Of a DNA stretch of 64,000 nt, positions 62,062 through 64,000 are shown in pieces. The stretch spans positions 3,848 to 67,847 of the forward strand of contig JAPHRO010000021.1 in NCBI GenBank assembly GCA_026195895.1, in the 5' to 3' direction. Made by a program: the position numbers and the translations under genes. The notes below the pieces were generated by a model. It ran no database searches and had not been told where the DNA came from. It was given only the letters and a program-made list of their open reading frames with translations. This DNA comes from Gammaproteobacteria bacterium. GTDB taxonomy: Bacteria > Pseudomonadota > Gammaproteobacteria > SZUA-229. The stretch's first letter is position 1. Each line of letters begins with the position of its first letter.

Positions 62062-63261
62062 TCATTTAAGCTGTCGGGCGAGCAGGGTGATGGGGTGAAT
62101 GACCTCAAGCTGGATGTTGCGGCGCTTCAATCCCGCTTTATAGTGCAGGCTGCAGCTCAGGTTATCGCTGACCAGGCAGTTACTGTTCAACTCTTCAAGG
62201 TTATTGATCTTTATATCAAGTAAAGCTTTGGCCTGTTCCGCAAAAACAATTTGTTGGCTGCCACCGGCGCCGCAGCACAGATCGGCCTGTGCAGGTTCTA
62301 GCAGGCTTATGTCTGGAATATGCTGTAAAAGACGTTTGGTCAGACCGGATAATCCCAGGGCGTTTCTGCTGCTGCAGCTTTCGTGAACTAAAACCTTCTG
62401 ATTTAGTGAGCTAAACCTTAACTGTTTGTTTTGAATCTGCTCAAGCAGAAAAGTGCGAATATCCTGAGCGGGAACAGCTAAATCTGAAATAGCTAACTGG
62501 CTGCCGCAGCCTGATGCGGACCAGAGCAAAACATCAACGTTAAGGTTCTGGAACAGCTGTTTATTTTTCCCGGCGAGTATCGCTGCGGTTTCAGGCTCCC
62601 CATTGTGCTGGTGCATAGCGCCACAGCAAAATTGATTTTGAGGTATGTGGACGTCAAAGCCCAGTGATGTCAGTAATCGAACGCTACTTTGCAGCGTTTC
62701 AATGTCGAAAGAGCTGGTCATGCACCCGGTGAACAGGGCAACCGATCCATGGATTTTTCCTGAAGCGGGATAATAAATAGCGAGTGGGCTGGCTTGCTGT
62801 GATTGAGCCATTAGTGCATTAATGGCGCTGTTTGGCTGGCGCGCCAGTTGCAGGCCAAGATTGGCTAGCTGATTAATAACCGGCTTATTCAGGATGCGAT
62901 ATATGCTCTGAAAACGACCTAGCCCACCCGGCTGCTCATTGAGCCGTAATAGTTTTCTTAACAGGTAGGGCTTGTGGTAGTCATTGTTGGTTACCTGCTT
63001 GATAGTGTCTATTAACTGCCCGAAAGGAACTTGTGAAGGGCACATGGCCTCACAGGAGAGGCAGCCCAGGCAGTGATTAAGATGTTTGAGAGTGTTTTCA
63101 TCCGGTGATAACTGGCCATTTTTGAGGGCCTGGATAAGTGCAATTCGACCCCGGGGAGACTCGGCTTCTACCTTGTATATCTGGTATGTGGGGCAGCCTG
63201 GCAAACACATACCGCACATGACGCAGAGATCTGTATTGTCCAGTTGTTGGTGTATTGTCAT
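62062..63261 (-). CDS. (Fe-S)-binding protein with two 4Fe-4S motifs and CCG domains (GlcF / glycolate oxidase FeS subunit-like)
   Basis: CVMCGMCLPGCP and CLGCLSCEAMCP ferredoxin motifs, then CCG-type Cys-rich repeats (CCGA, CCGAGG). Confidence 0.65.
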   Translation of the reverse strand: MTIHQQLDNTDLCVMCGMCLPGCPTYQIYKVEAESPRGRIALIQALKNGQLSPDENTLKHLNHCLGCLSCEAMCPSQVPFGQLIDTIKQVTNNDYHKPYLLRKLLRLNEQPGGLGRFQSIYRILNKPVINQLANLGLQLARQPNSAINALMAQSQQASPLAIYYPASGKIHGSVALFTGCMTSSFDIETLQSSVRLLTSLGFDVHIPQNQFCCGAMHQHNGEPETAAILAGKNKQLFQNLNVDVLLWSASGCGSQLAISDLAVPAQDIRTFLLEQIQNKQLRFSSLNQKVLVHESCSSRNALGLSGLTKRLLQHIPDISLLEPAQADLCCGAGGSQQIVFAEQAKALLDIKINNLEELNSNCLVSDNLSCSLHYKAGLKRRNIQLEVIHPITLLARQLK

Positions 63262-63338
63262 GAAGATGAGATTTTAATCCAGGTTTAATGCAATCGGAAT
63301 GTATAATTTTATTTAATTAAGTGATACGAGAATGAACA

Positions 63339-63650
63339 ATGTCATATTACAAGTACCATGTATTTATATGTACCAATAAACGAAGTGGAAAAGAGCTGTG
63401 TTGTGAACAGGGTGGCGCAGCCAAAATACGGGCGTATGCCAAAGCTAAAATAAAGCAGTTAGGTCTGTCAGGGGAAGGGAAGGTGCGGATTAACACAGCC
63501 GGCTGTCTGGACAGGTGCGATAGTGGCCCCGTTATGGTGATTTATCCGGAAGCAACCTGGTATACCTTTGTCGATGAAGATGATGTGGATGAGATAATTC
63601 AGGAGCATTTGCTTAATGGTCGCAAAGTGGAGCGTCTCCTGCTTCCCTGA
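63339..63650 (+). CDS. thioredoxin-like (2Fe-2S) ferredoxin domain protein
   Basis: Cys pattern C-x9-CC...C-x3-C (FICTNKRSGKELCC...GCLDRCDSGPV) typical of NuoE-like 2Fe-2S ferredoxins. Confidence 0.55.
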   Translation: MSYYKYHVFICTNKRSGKELCCEQGGAAKIRAYAKAKIKQLGLSGEGKVRINTAGCLDRCDSGPVMVIYPEATWYTFVDEDDVDEIIQEHLLNGRKVERLLLP

Positions 63651-63765
63651 ATCTGGAAAATATCCTTATTTATCAATCAGCTAATGTATTGTCAAATGGC
63701 GAGTATTGATTAGCTGTATGTTATGGAGAGGCCTTTATTTATTTGAAATCAGGGCTAAAAAAGGC

Positions 63766-63794
63766 TTGCATTATTCGAGCCCATAAATTAGTAT
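63766..63794 (+). promoter_or_regulatory. sigma70-type promoter TTGCAT-17-TAGTAT
   Basis: Near-consensus hexamers with a 17-bp spacer. The spacer contains GCCCATAAA, which also occurs in the second promoter downstream. Confidence 0.45.
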
Positions 63795-63800
63795 CTGCTT

Positions 63801-63902
63801 ATGTAATGAATTAGCTGAGTGCTTGTTAATTCATGAAGTGACTCCTCCATCCTCCTTTGGTGGTATTATTTAAGCATGGCATCCCCTGCCATGCTTTTTT
63901 TT
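63801..63902 (+). ncRNA. candidate small RNA of about 100 nt (5-prime hairpin, CU-rich anti-SD-like stretch, intrinsic terminator)
   Basis: Starts at the promoter at 63766-63794. Has a TGAATTA...TAATTCA hairpin and a CUCCUCCAUCCUCCUUUGG stretch. Ends in a GCATGGCA/TGCCATGC hairpin plus U-run. There is no ORF. Confidence 0.35.
63873..63902 (+). terminator. rho-independent terminator
   Basis: AGCATGGCA-tcccc-TGCCATGCT followed by TTTTTTTT. Confidence 0.8.
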
Positions 63903-63939
63903 GTCTGCAAAATATTCATCAATATGAGTCAATACAGAC

Positions 63940-63968
63940 TTGAATCAGGCCCATAAAGCTTGTATTAT
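63940..63968 (+). promoter_or_regulatory. second sigma70-type promoter TTGAAT-17-TATTAT
   Basis: Near-perfect hexamers and the shared spacer motif GCCCATAAAGCTTG. The transcript runs off the window. Confidence 0.45.
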
Positions 63969-64000
63969 GCTCCGCCTTTCGTAAAGAGCGAACATCCAGT

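Noticed and set aside
63873-63895. Possible sigma54 -24/-12 element TGGCATCCCCTGCCA
   Set aside because: It lacks the TTGC -12 element. The sequence is better explained as the perfect stem of an intrinsic terminator (GCATGGCA/TGCCATGC plus T-run).

Overview
This 64-kb window is a gammaproteobacterial chromosomal segment of about 45% GC with roughly 60 genes on both strands. I found no rRNA or tRNA genes, no CRISPR array and no transposases.

The window is mostly housekeeping genes arranged in a Pseudomonas-like order. They are moaA, mazG, a PiT phosphate transporter, an MltF-like transglycosylase, the type II secretion genes exeA (gspA) and gspB, a LemA plus M48 peptidase pair, dusA, a chemoreceptor, a TauABC-like ABC transporter, dinB, rpe-gph-trpE, trpGDC, crp with an OsmC-like gene, bioA, hslO, gatCAB, mreBCD, coq7 and a glcF-like gene.

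Five things stand out:
- A SoeABC-like three-subunit molybdoenzyme at 6.4-11.2 kb has no Tat signal. It is probably a cytoplasmic sulfite:quinone oxidoreductase.
- A NaChBac-family voltage-gated channel gene sits inside the trp operon between trpE and trpG. Its stop overlaps the trpG start. Its selectivity filter reads LEDWTD, where the sodium channels have LESW.
- A partial qNor-type nitric oxide reductase gene lies at the 5-prime edge. A NorE/NorF-like pair with a perfect FNR/DNR box lies at 46.7-47.7 kb.
- A cluster at 57.2-61.3 kb follows mreD. It holds a classical AAA ATPase, a divergently transcribed partner with a degenerate P-loop, two tandem paralogous genes for ~130-aa proteins of unknown family, and a CheY-like receiver. 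The receiver has a paralog at 19.9 kb. This cluster is my best candidate for an undescribed system.
- The 3-prime end of the window has tandem near-identical sigma70 promoters. The first drives a ~100-nt candidate sRNA that ends at a strong terminator.

I also list several intrinsic terminators, inverted repeats and candidate operators.
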